Notes: a model not told the origin generated them from the sequence alone. A DNA stretch of 64,000 bases from an uncultured Chloroflexia bacterium (GCA_963763775.1 CAVXPZ010000003.1:640001-704000), one strand, 5' to 3'; shown: positions 21,272-31,693, numbered from the stretch's first letter. A program made the numbers and translations.

Positions 21272-22107
21272 CCGACGCCGCACCGACGACCGCGACCGCG
21301 TCCCCCATCCAGGTCCGGTTCCCGGCGCCCGCGCCGCGTTCCCTGGCCCCGGCGGCCACGGCCGCGGGTGTCGCCCTCGTCACGATCGACCGACGCGACG
21401 CACTCAACGCGCTCACGTTCGACCTGCTGGACGACCTCGCGGACGCGCTCGAGGCGCTCGACCGCGATCCCGCGTGCCGGGCCATCGTGATCACCGGCGC
21501 CGGGACGCGGGCGTTCGCGGCTGGGGCCGACATCAAGGAGCTGGCCACGGAGACCCCCGAGTCGTTGCTGGCCGGAGGGCGGTTCGGCGCGTGGGACCGG
21601 CTGGCGGCGATCGGGCTGCCGATGATCGCCGCGGTCCGCGGGTTCGCCCTCGGCGGCGGCTGCGAGCTCGCCATGACCTGCGACATGATCGTGGCCGGCG
21701 ACGACGCGAGGTTCGGCCAGCCCGAGATCCTCATCGGGGTGATGCCCGGCGCCGGCGGCACGCAGCGGCTCACCCGGGCTGTCGGCCAGGCGCGAGCGAT
21801 GGAGCTGATCCTGACCGGCCGATCGATGACGGCCGACGAGGCGGAGCGGAGCGGGCTCGTGACCCGGGTCGTCCCGGCCGAGGCGACGGTCGACGCGAGC
21901 CTTGAGCTCGCGGCGCGGATCGCCTCGATGCCGCCCCTCGCCGTCCGCGCGGCGAAACGGCTCGTGCGCGCTGCCGCCGAGCGACCGCTGAGCGCCGGGC
22001 TGGCCGACGAACGCGCGACGTTCTTCGCCCTGTTCGACACCGAGGACCAGGCCGAGGGCATGGCCGCCTTCATGGACAAGCGCGCGCCCGTCTGGGCTGG
22101 GCGCTGA
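21268..22107 (+). CDS. paaF: Enoyl-CoA hydratase (PaaF-like)
   Basis: AFAAGADIKE, ALGGGCELA, FGQPEI..GVMPGAGGTQRL; paa context. Confidence 0.85.
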   Translation: MTDAAPTTATASPIQVRFPAPAPRSLAPAATAAGVALVTIDRRDALNALTFDLLDDLADALEALDRDPACRAIVITGAGTRAFAAGADIKELATETPESLLAGGRFGAWDRLAAIGLPMIAAVRGFALGGGCELAMTCDMIVAGDDARFGQPEILIGVMPGAGGTQRLTRAVGQARAMELILTGRSMTADEAERSGLVTRVVPAEATVDASLELAARIASMPPLAVRAAKRLVRAAAERPLSAGLADERATFFALFDTEDQAEGMAAFMDKRAPVWAGR

Positions 22108-22147
22108 GCGCACGACGCTGACGGCACCGACGAACGAGGAGGGATCG

Positions 22148-22951
22148 ATGGAGCGCGATACATCCGGTGGCAGCGATGTCGGGCGGGACATCGAGCGCGA
22201 TCTCGGCGATGAGCCGTCGAGTGCCATCCGCGATTCGGCGCCGGACTATCTCGCCCCGATCGACGCCTCGTCGCCGGTGAGCGGCCACACGCCGGCGCCC
22301 GAGGCGACCGGGTCGGCGGTCGACGCGCCGGAGCACGACTGGACGAGCGCGCAGGACCTGATCTACCCGGCGTTCCGTCCGGTGGGGACGCAGGGCCTCG
22401 ACCTCGCGACGCTCGACCGCGACACGCTGGCCGCGCAGGCCACGGTGAGCCACGCCCAGCCGCTCATCGACACCGGGCCGGCCGGGCTGCCGGTCGTCTA
22501 CACGATCGATGCCGGCGCCTACGACATCGTCGTCAATGGCGATCATCTCCTCTCCTGGGGCATCGGGGCGACCGAGATCCAGGATGCCGCGATGCGCAAC
22601 CTGGCTCGGTGGTCGGTCTCGGCGCCGTGGACCGACGAGATCTCCGGGACTCGGCGGCTGATCAGTTCGGACACCGGTGATGGCTGGGACGCCGTTCGGA
22701 TCCTCCTGCCCGAGGTCGTGGCCCACCTCACGAGCGAGCTCGCGCCGTACGGGCGGATCCTGGTCGGGCTGCCAGAGCGCCACCTCCTGACCGCGGCCTC
22801 CCTCCATCCGGACGACGCGGAGTTCGCCGGATTGTTCGGCGACTTCGTCGTGGAGCAATCCGGTGGTGCCGACGAGCCGGTCGACCGGCGAGTCTTCGAG
22901 CTCGTTGACGGACGCCTCGTCGAATTCGACGGGGGCGGGCGACCCGGCTGA
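22148..22951 (+). CDS. Hypothetical protein (DUF1444-like), coupled to paaG
   Basis: Intact 267-aa ORF with RBS GAGGAGG; W.I....IQ..A..NL, DGWDAVRIL and VGLPERHLL resemble DUF1444. Confidence 0.6.
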   Translation: MERDTSGGSDVGRDIERDLGDEPSSAIRDSAPDYLAPIDASSPVSGHTPAPEATGSAVDAPEHDWTSAQDLIYPAFRPVGTQGLDLATLDRDTLAAQATVSHAQPLIDTGPAGLPVVYTIDAGAYDIVVNGDHLLSWGIGATEIQDAAMRNLARWSVSAPWTDEISGTRRLISSDTGDGWDAVRILLPEVVAHLTSELAPYGRILVGLPERHLLTAASLHPDDAEFAGLFGDFVVEQSGGADEPVDRRVFELVDGRLVEFDGGGRPG

Positions 22952-23757
22952 TGCCGACGCCCGGGGCGAGCCCCCAGGCCTTCGAGACCCTCCGGTTCGA
23001 GGTCGAGGACGCCATCGCGACGGTCACGCTCGACCGACCCGAGGCCCTCAACGCCCTGACGGTCCCGATGAAGGCCGAGCTGCTGCGGGTCCTCGGCATC
23101 GTGGCGCGCGACCGGTCCGTCCGCGTGGTGGTCCTGACCGGCGCCGGCCGGGCGTTCTGCGCGGGCCAGGATCTCAAGGAGCGCCTGGCGCCGGGCGCGA
23201 CGCCGCTCGCCATCGAACTTCGAGACCGCTTCAACCCGATCGTGCGGGCCATGCGCGCCCTGGATCAGCCGATCGTCGCAGCGGTCAACGGTGTCGCGGC
23301 CGGTGCCGGTGCGTCGCTCGCGTTCGCCTGCGACCTCCGGATCGCCTCGAGTGCCGCGTCGTTCGTGCTCGCGTTCGGTCGCATCGGTCTGGTGCCGGAC
23401 AGTGGCGCGACCTGGACCCTGCCCCGCCTCGTCGGCGCGTCGAAGGCCGCCGAACTGGCCTTGCTCGGCGACACGCTGAGCGCCGCCGACGCGGAACGTC
23501 TCGGGCTCGTGGCTCGCGTCGTCCCGCCGGAGGGGCTCGCGATCGAGGCCCGGTCGATCGCGGTGCGACTCGCCGGCCTCGCGCCCGCCGCGCTCGCGTC
23601 GACCAAACACGCGCTCGACCGCGCGTGGTCGACCGACCTCGACCGTGCCCTCGACGACGAGGCGTATCGCCAGGGCGCGCTCGGGGCCACGAGCGATCAT
23701 GCCGAGGGCCTCGCCGCCTTCGTCGAGAAGCGGACGCCGCGGTTCACCGGCGACTGA
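22951..23757 (+). CDS. paaG: 1,2-epoxyphenylacetyl-CoA isomerase (PaaG-like)
   Basis: GRAFCAGQDL, NGVAAGAGASLA.ACD, IGLVPDSG catalytic Asp motif. Confidence 0.85.
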   Translation: MPTPGASPQAFETLRFEVEDAIATVTLDRPEALNALTVPMKAELLRVLGIVARDRSVRVVVLTGAGRAFCAGQDLKERLAPGATPLAIELRDRFNPIVRAMRALDQPIVAAVNGVAAGAGASLAFACDLRIASSAASFVLAFGRIGLVPDSGATWTLPRLVGASKAAELALLGDTLSAADAERLGLVARVVPPEGLAIEARSIAVRLAGLAPAALASTKHALDRAWSTDLDRALDDEAYRQGALGATSDHAEGLAAFVEKRTPRFTGD

Positions 23758-23821
23758 GCCCCGGCGCGGCCCGGAGGCCGCCCGCTTGAAACGCACCGGT
23801 CGCGTGCCGTACCCTGCGCCC

Positions 23822-23835
23822 CTAACGACCGTTAG
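23822..23835. promoter_or_regulatory. PaaR operator
   Basis: CTAACGACCGTTAG fits the Thermus PaaR pseudo-palindrome CNAACGNNCGTTNG; just upstream of the TetR gene. Confidence 0.75.
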
Positions 23836-23854
23836 TTAGGAGGCCCGTCCGACG

Positions 23855-24442
23855 GTGGTCGAGACCACGCGCCGACGCGAGATCGAGGCTGTCGCGAGTT
23901 CGCTCTTCCACGAGCGCGGCTACGCGGGGACGAGCGTGCGCGACATCGCCCGCGCGCTCGACATCCAGGGGGCCAGCCTCTACGCCCACGTCGCCTCGAA
24001 GGAGGACGTGCTGTGGACGATCGTGGACCGGACGGCGGCCCGATTCGAGGCGGACGCCGAGACCGCCGACGCCCACGACGCCGATCCCGTCGTCCGCCTG
24101 GAGCGACTGGTCCGGGCCCACGTCGGGGTCGTCACCGAGGACGTCAAGCGCGCCAGCGTCTTCGTCCGCGAATGGCGCTCGCTCGAACAGGAGCGTCGCG
24201 CCACCATCGCCCGCCGCCGCGACGCCTACGAGGCGCGGTTCCGGGCGGTCATCGCCGAAGGGGCGGCGGCCGGACGGTTCGACGTGCCGGACCCGAGCGC
24301 CGCGTCGGCGTTCATCCTCACGGCCCTCAACGGGCTCGTGGCGTGGTATCGGCCGAACGGGCGCCTCGACGAGGCCGCGATCGCCGATGCCTACGCGTCC
24401 CTCGCCCTGGCGGCGGTGCGGGCGCCACGGCCGGCCCGATGA
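23855..24442 (+). CDS. paaR: TetR-family regulator (PaaR)
   Basis: LFHERGY.GTSVRDIA...SLYAH..SKE HTH; WYRP.G C-terminus; precedes paaA. Confidence 0.8.
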   Translation: MVETTRRREIEAVASSLFHERGYAGTSVRDIARALDIQGASLYAHVASKEDVLWTIVDRTAARFEADAETADAHDADPVVRLERLVRAHVGVVTEDVKRASVFVREWRSLEQERRATIARRRDAYEARFRAVIAEGAAAGRFDVPDPSAASAFILTALNGLVAWYRPNGRLDEAAIADAYASLALAAVRAPRPAR

Positions 24443-25425
24443 CCGATCCGCGGGCACTCGATCCCATCCTCGACCCGCCGGACCGCCCGCTCCCGGCCTT
24501 CGCCGGGGCCGGCTCCGACGACGAGCGCCTCGCTCGGTTCGAGGCGCACGTGGTCGCCGGCGGCAAGGTCGAGGCGACCGACTGGATGCCCGAGGAGTAC
24601 CGGACGGCGGTCCTGCGCTTCGTGGAGATGCACGCCAACTCCGAGCTGATGGGCGTCCTGCCGGAACGCGAGTGGCTGATGCGCGCGCCGACCCTCCGCC
24701 GGAAGCTGGCCCTCACGGCGAAGGTCCAGGACGAGGTCGGTCATGCCCAGCTGCTCTATCGCGTCGCCGAGGACCTCGGCAAGCCGCGCGAGGCGATGTA
24801 CGACGACCTGCTCGCCGGTCGAACGAAGTTCCACAACGTCTTCCACTACCCCACGGTCGGCTGGGCCGACGTCGGGATGATCGCGTGGCTCGTCGACGCG
24901 GCCGCGATCGTCGCGCAGCAGGCGTTGCGCGACTCGTCGTACGCCCCGTACGCGCGGACGATGCGCAAGATCTGCTGGGAGGAATTGGTCCACATCATGC
25001 ACGGCCGCGACGTCGTGGTGACGATGGCGACCGGCACGGCCGCGCAGCGCGCCGCCATCCAGGACGCGTTGGATCGATGGTGGGGTCCGCTCATGCAGAT
25101 GCACGGTCCGCGGTCGCCCCGCGAGACCGACCGCGACCTTCACTGGCGGATCAAGGCGAAGACGTCCGAGGAGCTGCGTCAGGAGTTCCTGACGATCTAC
25201 GTCCCGCGGATCCGCGAGCTCGGGCTCGTCATCCCGGACCCGGCCCTGCGCTGGGACGAGGCGGCCGCGACCTGGCGCTACGCCGAGCCGGACTGGGCGG
25301 AGCTGCGGACCGTCGTCACGAACCACGGCCCGATGTCCGAGCAGCGGCTCGCGTTCCGGCGCGCGACGCGCGAGGAGACCCGCTGGGTCCGCGAGGCGAT
25401 CCTGGGCGTGCCTGCCGCCGCATGA
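24439..25425 (+). CDS. paaA: Phenylacetyl-CoA epoxidase subunit A
   Basis: DWMPEEYR, HANSE, APTLRRK, KVQDEVGH and ICWEE..H di-iron motifs. Confidence 0.93.
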   Translation: MTDPRALDPILDPPDRPLPAFAGAGSDDERLARFEAHVVAGGKVEATDWMPEEYRTAVLRFVEMHANSELMGVLPEREWLMRAPTLRRKLALTAKVQDEVGHAQLLYRVAEDLGKPREAMYDDLLAGRTKFHNVFHYPTVGWADVGMIAWLVDAAAIVAQQALRDSSYAPYARTMRKICWEELVHIMHGRDVVVTMATGTAAQRAAIQDALDRWWGPLMQMHGPRSPRETDRDLHWRIKAKTSEELRQEFLTIYVPRIRELGLVIPDPALRWDEAAATWRYAEPDWAELRTVVTNHGPMSEQRLAFRRATREETRWVREAILGVPAAA

Positions 25426-25739
25426 CGCCGACACTCGAGCCATGGGAGGTCTTCCGCCAGGAGCGCGAAGGCGATCCGATGCGCCACGGGGGCAGCGTGA
25501 TGGCCCCCGACGCCGCGCTGGCCACCCACTACGCCCGGGAGATGTTCGGGCGCCGACAGGAGAGCGTCCGGCTGTGGGTCGTCCGGCGGGCGGACGTCCT
25601 CGACATCGACGACCCGGATCTGCTCCAGCCGCCCCTCGACCGGTCGTTCAAGAAGCCCGGCGGCTACGTGATGCGCGACAAGCTGGCCGCGGCCCGCGAG
25701 GCGGCCGGCCAGCCGAAGCCGAAGGCGCGATCGTCATGA
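25422..25739 (+). CDS. paaB: Phenylacetyl-CoA epoxidase subunit B
   Basis: WEVF...HGGSV.APD..A...AR..F.RR.E...LWVV. Confidence 0.88.
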   Translation: MTPTLEPWEVFRQEREGDPMRHGGSVMAPDAALATHYAREMFGRRQESVRLWVVRRADVLDIDDPDLLQPPLDRSFKKPGGYVMRDKLAAAREAAGQPKPKARSS

Positions 25740-26500
25740 GCGCCGCGGCCCCCACCGCCGTCGCCCTGGACGCGCTCCTCCTCTCGATGGCCGATGACGA
25801 GTTCGTCATCGGCTGCAGCGACTCCGAATGGACCGGGATCGCGCCGATCCTCGAGGAGGACGTCGCCATGAGTTCGCTCGCGCAGGACGAGATCGGGCAT
25901 GCCACGGCGTTCTACGGCCTGCTGGCCACCCTGACCGGCACGGACGCCGACGCGCTGGCCTACGACCGGCCGCCGGAGGCCTATCGCCACGCGCGACTGC
26001 TGGACCACGGCCGGGGCGACTGGGCGATGACGATCGCCCGCCGGTACCTGTACGAGACGGCCGACGCCGTCCGGCTCGAGGCACTCGCGGGCGGGTCGTG
26101 GGCGCCGCTCGCGGACCTCGTCGGCAAGGTCGCACGCGAGGAGCGCTACCACCGGATGCACGTCGAGGTCTGGCTGGACCGCCTCGCCGATGGCGGGCCC
26201 GAGTCACGGGACCGGCTGGTCTCGGCCATGACGACGCTCTCGTCGGACGCGGCGACCGTCTTCACGCCGCTTCCAGACGAACCGGACCTCGTCCGGGCGG
26301 GGATCCTGCACGCCCCGATGGCGGAGCTGGAGACGCGTTGGCGCGCGGTCGTCGATCCCAGGCTCCGGGCGCTCGACCTGCCGACACCGGGTGCTCGGCC
26401 GGCAGCCGCCGACGGCCGCGAAGGTCACGGCGACGCGTTCCGCTGGCTGTGGGGCGAGTTCACGGCCGTGCGCGCCGCCGACCCGGGAGCGACGTGGTGA
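25736..26500 (+). CDS. paaC: Phenylacetyl-CoA epoxidase subunit C
   Basis: MADD, SEWTGIAPILEEDVA, QDEIGHA, EERYH. Confidence 0.9.
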   Translation: MSAAAPTAVALDALLLSMADDEFVIGCSDSEWTGIAPILEEDVAMSSLAQDEIGHATAFYGLLATLTGTDADALAYDRPPEAYRHARLLDHGRGDWAMTIARRYLYETADAVRLEALAGGSWAPLADLVGKVAREERYHRMHVEVWLDRLADGGPESRDRLVSAMTTLSSDAATVFTPLPDEPDLVRAGILHAPMAELETRWRAVVDPRLRALDLPTPGARPAAADGREGHGDAFRWLWGEFTAVRAADPGATW

Positions 26501-27022
26501 GCGAGCGGGGCACGCAGGTGAGCGTCGCGCGAGCGCGTTCCGGGGCGGTCCTCGGGCCGGGGCCCGTCGCCGGCACCGTCGACGAGGCCGCCGTCCGCGT
26601 CGCGCTCGCCGAGGTGGCCGACCCGGAGCTCCCGATGATCTCGATCGTCGACCTCGGGATGGTCGGGGACGTGTCGGTCGGGCCGGTCATCCGCGTCGAC
26701 GCTCCTCCCGACCTACGTCGGCTGCCCGGCGGTGGAGATGATCCGGACGGCGGTGGCGGATCGCCTTGCCGCGTTCGGCCGGCCGGTGGAGGTCGAGGCG
26801 ACGTTCGAGACGCCATGGACGTCGGACCGGATCTCCCCGATCGGTCTGCGCGCCCTCGCCGGAGCCGGGATCGCCCCGCCGTCCGCGCCCTCGGACGTCC
26901 GCTGCCCGTACTGCTCGTCCGACCAGGTGGTCGCCGACAGTCTCTTCGGGCCGACACCGTGCCGGTCGCTGTCGTACTGCCGCACCTGCCGACAGCCGTT
27001 CGAAGTCATCAAGCCGGTCTGA
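26497..27022 (+). CDS. paaD: Phenylacetyl-CoA epoxidase subunit D (frameshift near 26702)
   Basis: VADPELPMISIVDLG, PTYVGCPA, WTSD, GIAPP, CPYCSS, FGPTPCRS..YC..C.QPFE. Confidence 0.88.
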
Positions 27023-27024
27023 CC

Positions 27025-28209
27025 GTGGGCGCGGACATCCGCACCGTCGGCGTGGTCGGGGCCGGGACGATGGGCGCGGGCATCGCGCAGCTGGCCCTGG
27101 AGGCCGGCCACGACGTCTGGCTGCACGACCTCGACGCCGGTGCGCTCGACCGCGCCGCCGCGCGGATCCGCGATGGCCTCGGACGTCGCGCGGCGCGGCT
27201 CGGCCTCGACGCCGAGGCGATCGACGACTGGGTCGAGGGGCGCGTCACGCGTCTGCGGCCGACGGTCTCGCTCGAGGCCGCCGCCGGCGGCGCCGACCTG
27301 GTCATCGAAGCCGCGATCGAGGACCTCGATCGCAAGCGGGCGATCTTCCGCGACCTGGACCGCGCGTGCCACGCCCGGCGCGATCCTCGCGACCAATACG
27401 AGCGCGTTGTCCGTGGCGGCGATCGCGGCGGCGACGCACCGACCGGCCAGGGTCGCCGGGACTGCACTTCTTCAATCCCGCACCGGTGATGACGCTCGTC
27501 GAGGTGGTGTCGACGCCGGCCACCGATCCGTCCACGACCGAGGTCCTGGCCGCCCTGATGCGTCCGCTGGGGACGCGTCCCCGTCCGGTCTGCCGACTCC
27601 CCGGGGTTCATCGTCAACCGCGTGAACCGCCCGTTCACGCTCGAGGCGTTGGCCGAGCTCGAGGCCGGCGGCTCGACCGCCGACGCCATGGACCGCGCCT
27701 TCCGTGCCGCCGGGTACCCGATGGGCCCGTTCGAGCTCATGGACCTGATCGGCCTCGACGTGAATCTCGCCGTCGCCCGGGCGCTGCACGCTGCCGCGCT
27801 GGCGGCGGGCGACCCGCTCGCGGACCGCTTCAAGCCATCCGCCTTGCAGGAGCGGCTGGTCGCCGCCGGTCGCCTGGGGCGGAAGACCGGCGCCGGGTTC
27901 TACGAGGGCGGTCGGCCCGACCTCGGGGCCGCGGACGCTCCTGCCCACCAGGACGACACCGCCTCGGCGGTCGTCGAGCGAGTCGAGCTCGCGATCATCG
28001 ACGAGGCGTATCGAGCCCTTGGGGAGAGGGTCGCGACGGAGGCCGATATCGACACCGCGCTGCGGCTCGGGGCCGGCCATCCGCTCGGTCCGTTCGAGCG
28101 CGCGGCTCGGATGGGTGGCCCCGTTGCGGTCCTCGAACGACTCACGCGTCTCGCGGGGCGCGGCCCGCGATTCGTGCCCGCGCCGGCACTCGTGGCGTCG
28201 GCCGGATGA
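27025..28209 (+). CDS. paaH: 3-hydroxyacyl-CoA dehydrogenase (several frameshifts 27370-27590)
   Basis: VVGAGTMGAGIA, IEAAIEDL..K, ATNTS, GLHFFNPAP, PGFIVNR, YPMGPFEL.DLIGLD. Confidence 0.85.
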
Positions 28210-28279
28210 CATGGGCGTGGGCTATCCTGCTTGCATCGGCTCGGCATCTGCCGGCCGGATGGATCGGGGAGGGATCTTG

Positions 28280-28942
28280 ATGCGATACCGGATCGCCGGC
28301 CCGGCGCTGGTGGCCTTCGCCGCCCTCGTGCTGGTCGGTTGCAGCAGCACCACGGGCGGCTCGGCCGCCCCGAGCACGGACACCGGGGCTTCGGCGGCCG
28401 CACCGAGCGAGGCGGCGCCCAGCGCCGCCGCGAGCGAGGCCGCCGCCAGCGAGGCCGCGCCGAGCGAGGGCACGCCGAGTCTCGCCATCCCCAGCTTCGC
28501 GTTCCCGAGCACCGACAAGGAGCTCGAGGCGTTGCTGCCCGCCGAGCTCTGCGGCGCCAAGGTCCAGAAGCTGAGCATGGGTGGCGAGATGTTCGACAAC
28601 TCCAGCGACCCGACGTTCGGCGCGGTCCTGCAGAAGCTCGGCAAGACGACCAAGGACGTCAGCTTCGCCGTGGCCGCGCCCTTGACGGCGGGCGACAACA
28701 CGTGCGCGGCCGGGATCTTCCGGATCAAGGGTGCCGACGGCGGCGCGCTCAAGGACGCGTTCCTCGCCGAGGCGGCGAAGGAAGGCAACACGTTCGTGGT
28801 CAAGAACATCGCCGGCCGGGACGTCTACACGGACCCGACCTCGGACTCGTTCGGGTATGCGTACTTCAAGGGCGACGCGCTGATCTTCGCGAGCGCGAAG
28901 AACGACGCCGACGCGGCCTCGATCATCTCCGCCTTGCCGTAG
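28280..28942 (+). CDS. Lipoprotein with SEAAP low-complexity linker
   Basis: LVLVGC lipobox; repeated (S)EAA(P/A); about 140-aa C-terminal domain. Confidence 0.8.
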   Translation: MRYRIAGPALVAFAALVLVGCSSTTGGSAAPSTDTGASAAAPSEAAPSAAASEAAASEAAPSEGTPSLAIPSFAFPSTDKELEALLPAELCGAKVQKLSMGGEMFDNSSDPTFGAVLQKLGKTTKDVSFAVAAPLTAGDNTCAAGIFRIKGADGGALKDAFLAEAAKEGNTFVVKNIAGRDVYTDPTSDSFGYAYFKGDALIFASAKNDADAASIISALP

Positions 28943-29103
28943 GGCACGCATTCGGGGCGTCTGCCGATCGGCGGACGCCCCTGCGAGGGAACTGAAACGG
29001 GATCCCGGTCGTCGCTGAGGTGCGACGGATGCGTGACTCACCACGCTCGTCGCTCGGGTGCGTCTCGGCACTCGAAGGCCCCCAGCGTCGATCGAGGTGC
29101 CCC

Positions 29104-29733
29104 ATGTCCCTCCGTCGATCCCCGTGGATCGTCCCCGTCCTGCTCAGCACCCTCCTGGCCGCGGGCTGCTCCGGCGGCGGCGCGGGCTCGTCAGGCGCGC
29201 CGGCGCCAACGCCGATGCCGCCCTCGGCCGTGGCGTCCGCCCCGACGCCGCCGAGCGCCGCCCCGACCGTCGGCCCGAGCACAGCCCCGAGCGCCCCGGC
29301 GGCTCCCGGCCCGGCGGCGACCCTGCCCGCCACCGTCGGCGACGTGTCCCTGACGATCAGCGAGCCGGATACGGCCACGTACCTGAAGGTCAACGTCGGC
29401 CGACGGCTCGGCCCGATCCTCGCGGCCCTCGGCAAGACCGACGCCGACGTCCAGGTGGCATCGGCGAACGGCGCGACCGAGGACGGCTCCCTGTTCATCG
29501 ACGCGGTCCGCATCGACGGCACGGACGCGGCCACGCTCCTCGGCGCGGCCCGGACCGCCCTGACGGCACCGCCCACGACGGGTGCCAAGGACGCGACGGT
29601 CGGCGGCAAGCCCGTCATCGCGTGGACCCAGACGTCGGGGACGACCGCCGTCTACGCGCACGACGACGTCCTGTATTTCATCGCGTCGCCGATCGCCGAT
29701 CGGGTGGACGCCACGGTCGCCGCCCTCCCATAG
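29104..29733 (+). CDS. Lipoprotein, paralog of upstream lipoprotein
   Basis: LLAAGC lipobox; Pro/Ala linker; shared LGKT..DV, R(I).G.D and terminal ALP. Confidence 0.78.
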   Translation: MSLRRSPWIVPVLLSTLLAAGCSGGGAGSSGAPAPTPMPPSAVASAPTPPSAAPTVGPSTAPSAPAAPGPAATLPATVGDVSLTISEPDTATYLKVNVGRRLGPILAALGKTDADVQVASANGATEDGSLFIDAVRIDGTDAATLLGAARTALTAPPTTGAKDATVGGKPVIAWTQTSGTTAVYAHDDVLYFIASPIADRVDATVAALP

Positions 29734-29781
29734 CGCGGTCCCGGTCCGGCAGTCCGGCCGGCGCGCGCTACCATCGGGTCC

Positions 29782-31009
29782 GTGAGCAGGGATCTGACGC
29801 GACCCGTCCGCGAGGCATGGATCGTCGAGGCCGTTCGGACGCCGATCGGCCGGTACGGCGGGGCGCTCTCGAGCGTCCGGCCGGATGACCTGGCGGCCAT
29901 CGTCCTGCGGGCGGTCGTGGACCGCGCTGGCGTCGACCCGGGCCTGGTCGAGGACGTCATCCTCGGCTGCGCGAACCAGGCCGGCGAGGACAATCGCGAC
30001 GTCGCGCGGATGGCCCTGCTGCTGGCCGACTTCCCGGTGGAGGTCGGCGGGCTGACCGTCAACCGGCTGTGCGGATCGGGGCTCCAGGCGATCAACACCG
30101 GCGCGCACGCGATCGCGGTCGGCGATGGCGACGTCTTCATCGGCGGCGGGGTCGAATCGATGACCCGCGCCCCGTACGTCCAGCTCAAGGCCGAGTCGGC
30201 CTACGACCGTGGCGCCCGCGAGCTGGCCGACACGACCCTCGGCTGGCGGTTCGTCAACCCGCGGCTCGCCGAGCGCCATCACCCCTATTCGATGGGGGAG
30301 ACCGCCGAGAACGTCGCCGAGCGCTGGGCGGTGAGTCGCGAGCGCCAGGACGCGTTCGCGCTCGAGAGTCAGCAGCGCGCAGTCGGCGGCGATCGAGGCC
30401 GGTCGGTTCGATGGGCAGATCGTGCCGGTCGAGATCCCGCAGAAGCGCGGCGAGTCGGTCGTCGTCGACCGGGACGAGCACCCTCGAGCCGACACGAGCG
30501 CGGAGGCGCTGGCCAGGCTGCGGCCCGCGTTCACGGCCGACGGCGGCTCGGTCACGGCCGGGAACAGCTCCGGGATCAACGACGGAGCGTCCGCCGTGCT
30601 GCTCGTCGAGGCCGAACGCGGCCGCCAGCTCGGCCTGACGCCGATGGCCCGGGTCGTCTCGACGGCCGTGGCCGGCGTGGATCCGGCGATCATGGGCGTC
30701 GGCCCCGTCCCCGCTTCGCGCAAGGCGCTCGAGCGGGCCGGCATCACCGTCGGCGATCTCGACCTCATCGAGCTCAATGAGGCGTTCGCCAGCCAATCTC
30801 TCGTCTGCATCGACGAGCTCGGCCTCGACCCCGCCAAGGTCAATGTCAACGGCGGGGCCATCGCCCTTGGCCATCCGCTGGGCATGAGCGGCGCGCGGCT
30901 GGTCACGATGCTCGTGCACGAGCTGCGCCGGACGGGCGGTCGCTACGGCCTCGCGACGATGTGCATCGGGGTGGGACAAGGGATCGCCACGGTCGTCGAG
31001 CGTCTCTGA
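29782..31009 (+). CDS. paaJ: Thiolase (PaaJ/PcaF-like; frameshift near 30385)
   Basis: [47 protein letters not shown]. Confidence 0.88.
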
Positions 31010-31043
31010 GCCCCGGCTGGTACGAGAGTTTCGGCGCGGGTGC

Positions 31044-31072
31044 TTGTCGAAACCTGTTGACGTGCGTACGAT
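31044..31072 (+). promoter_or_regulatory. Sigma70-type promoter for the A-type carrier gene
   Basis: TTGTCG-N17-TACGAT. Confidence 0.55.
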
Positions 31073-31142
31073 GAGCGCTGGCGCCGGGGCTCCCGGGACC
31101 ACGCGACCAGCCCAACGCCTGCAGACCACGAGGACGGAACGC

Positions 31143-31541
31143 ATGATCGACCAGCAGCCGATGATCGAGCAGCAGCCGACGATCGTCTCCCTGACCGACG
31201 CCGCCGCGGGCAAGCTCCGCGAGCTGACGAAGGACGAGACGAACCCGGCGATCGGCCTGCGGGTCTATGTGTACTCCGGCGGCTGCTCCGGGTTCCGCTA
31301 CGGGATGATGCTCGAGGACGCGCCGACCTCGGAGGACAAGGTCCTCGAGGCCAGTGGCATCAAGGTCTACGTCGACGGGAACAGCATCAACCTCCTGCAG
31401 GGCTCGCAGATCGACTACGTCGACACGCTCATGGGGGCCGGCTTCACGGTCAACAACCCGAACGCGGTCTCGGCCTGTGGCTGCGGTTCGAGCTTCCGCA
31501 CGGCGGACGACGAGGGTTCCGCGAGGTCCTGCGCGCACTGA
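31143..31541 (+). CDS. erpA: A-type Fe-S cluster carrier (ErpA/IscA/HesB)
   Basis: GGCSGFRYG and NPNA...CGCGSSF. Confidence 0.9.
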   Translation: MIDQQPMIEQQPTIVSLTDAAAGKLRELTKDETNPAIGLRVYVYSGGCSGFRYGMMLEDAPTSEDKVLEASGIKVYVDGNSINLLQGSQIDYVDTLMGAGFTVNNPNAVSACGCGSSFRTADDEGSARSCAH

Positions 31542-31564
31542 CGCCAGCCTGACCCAGCGTCCCT

Positions 31565-31591
31565 GAAGCCGCCGGCGGCGCCGGCGGCTTC
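31565..31591 (+). terminator. Perfect 12-bp hairpin after erpA
   Basis: GAAGCCGCCGGC-GGC-GCCGGCGGCTTC; no long U-tract. Confidence 0.6.
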
Positions 31592-31693
31592 GTCATGTCC
31601 GGCGGCAGTCGACGGACCATCGCGCGGCGTCACCGGTACTGTCGACCCATGGGCGGTCCGGTGCGGTCCGACCGACGCTTGCGACCGGACCAG

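Noticed and set aside
28385-28470. Short direct repeats (AGCGAGGCxGC) as a CRISPR-like array
   Set aside because: They encode the SEAAP linker of a lipoprotein; no unique spacers and no cas genes
31143-31178. 18-bp near-tandem duplication (MIDQQP/MIEQQP) at the erpA start
   Set aside because: Affects only a disordered N-terminus or start choice; no evidence of function
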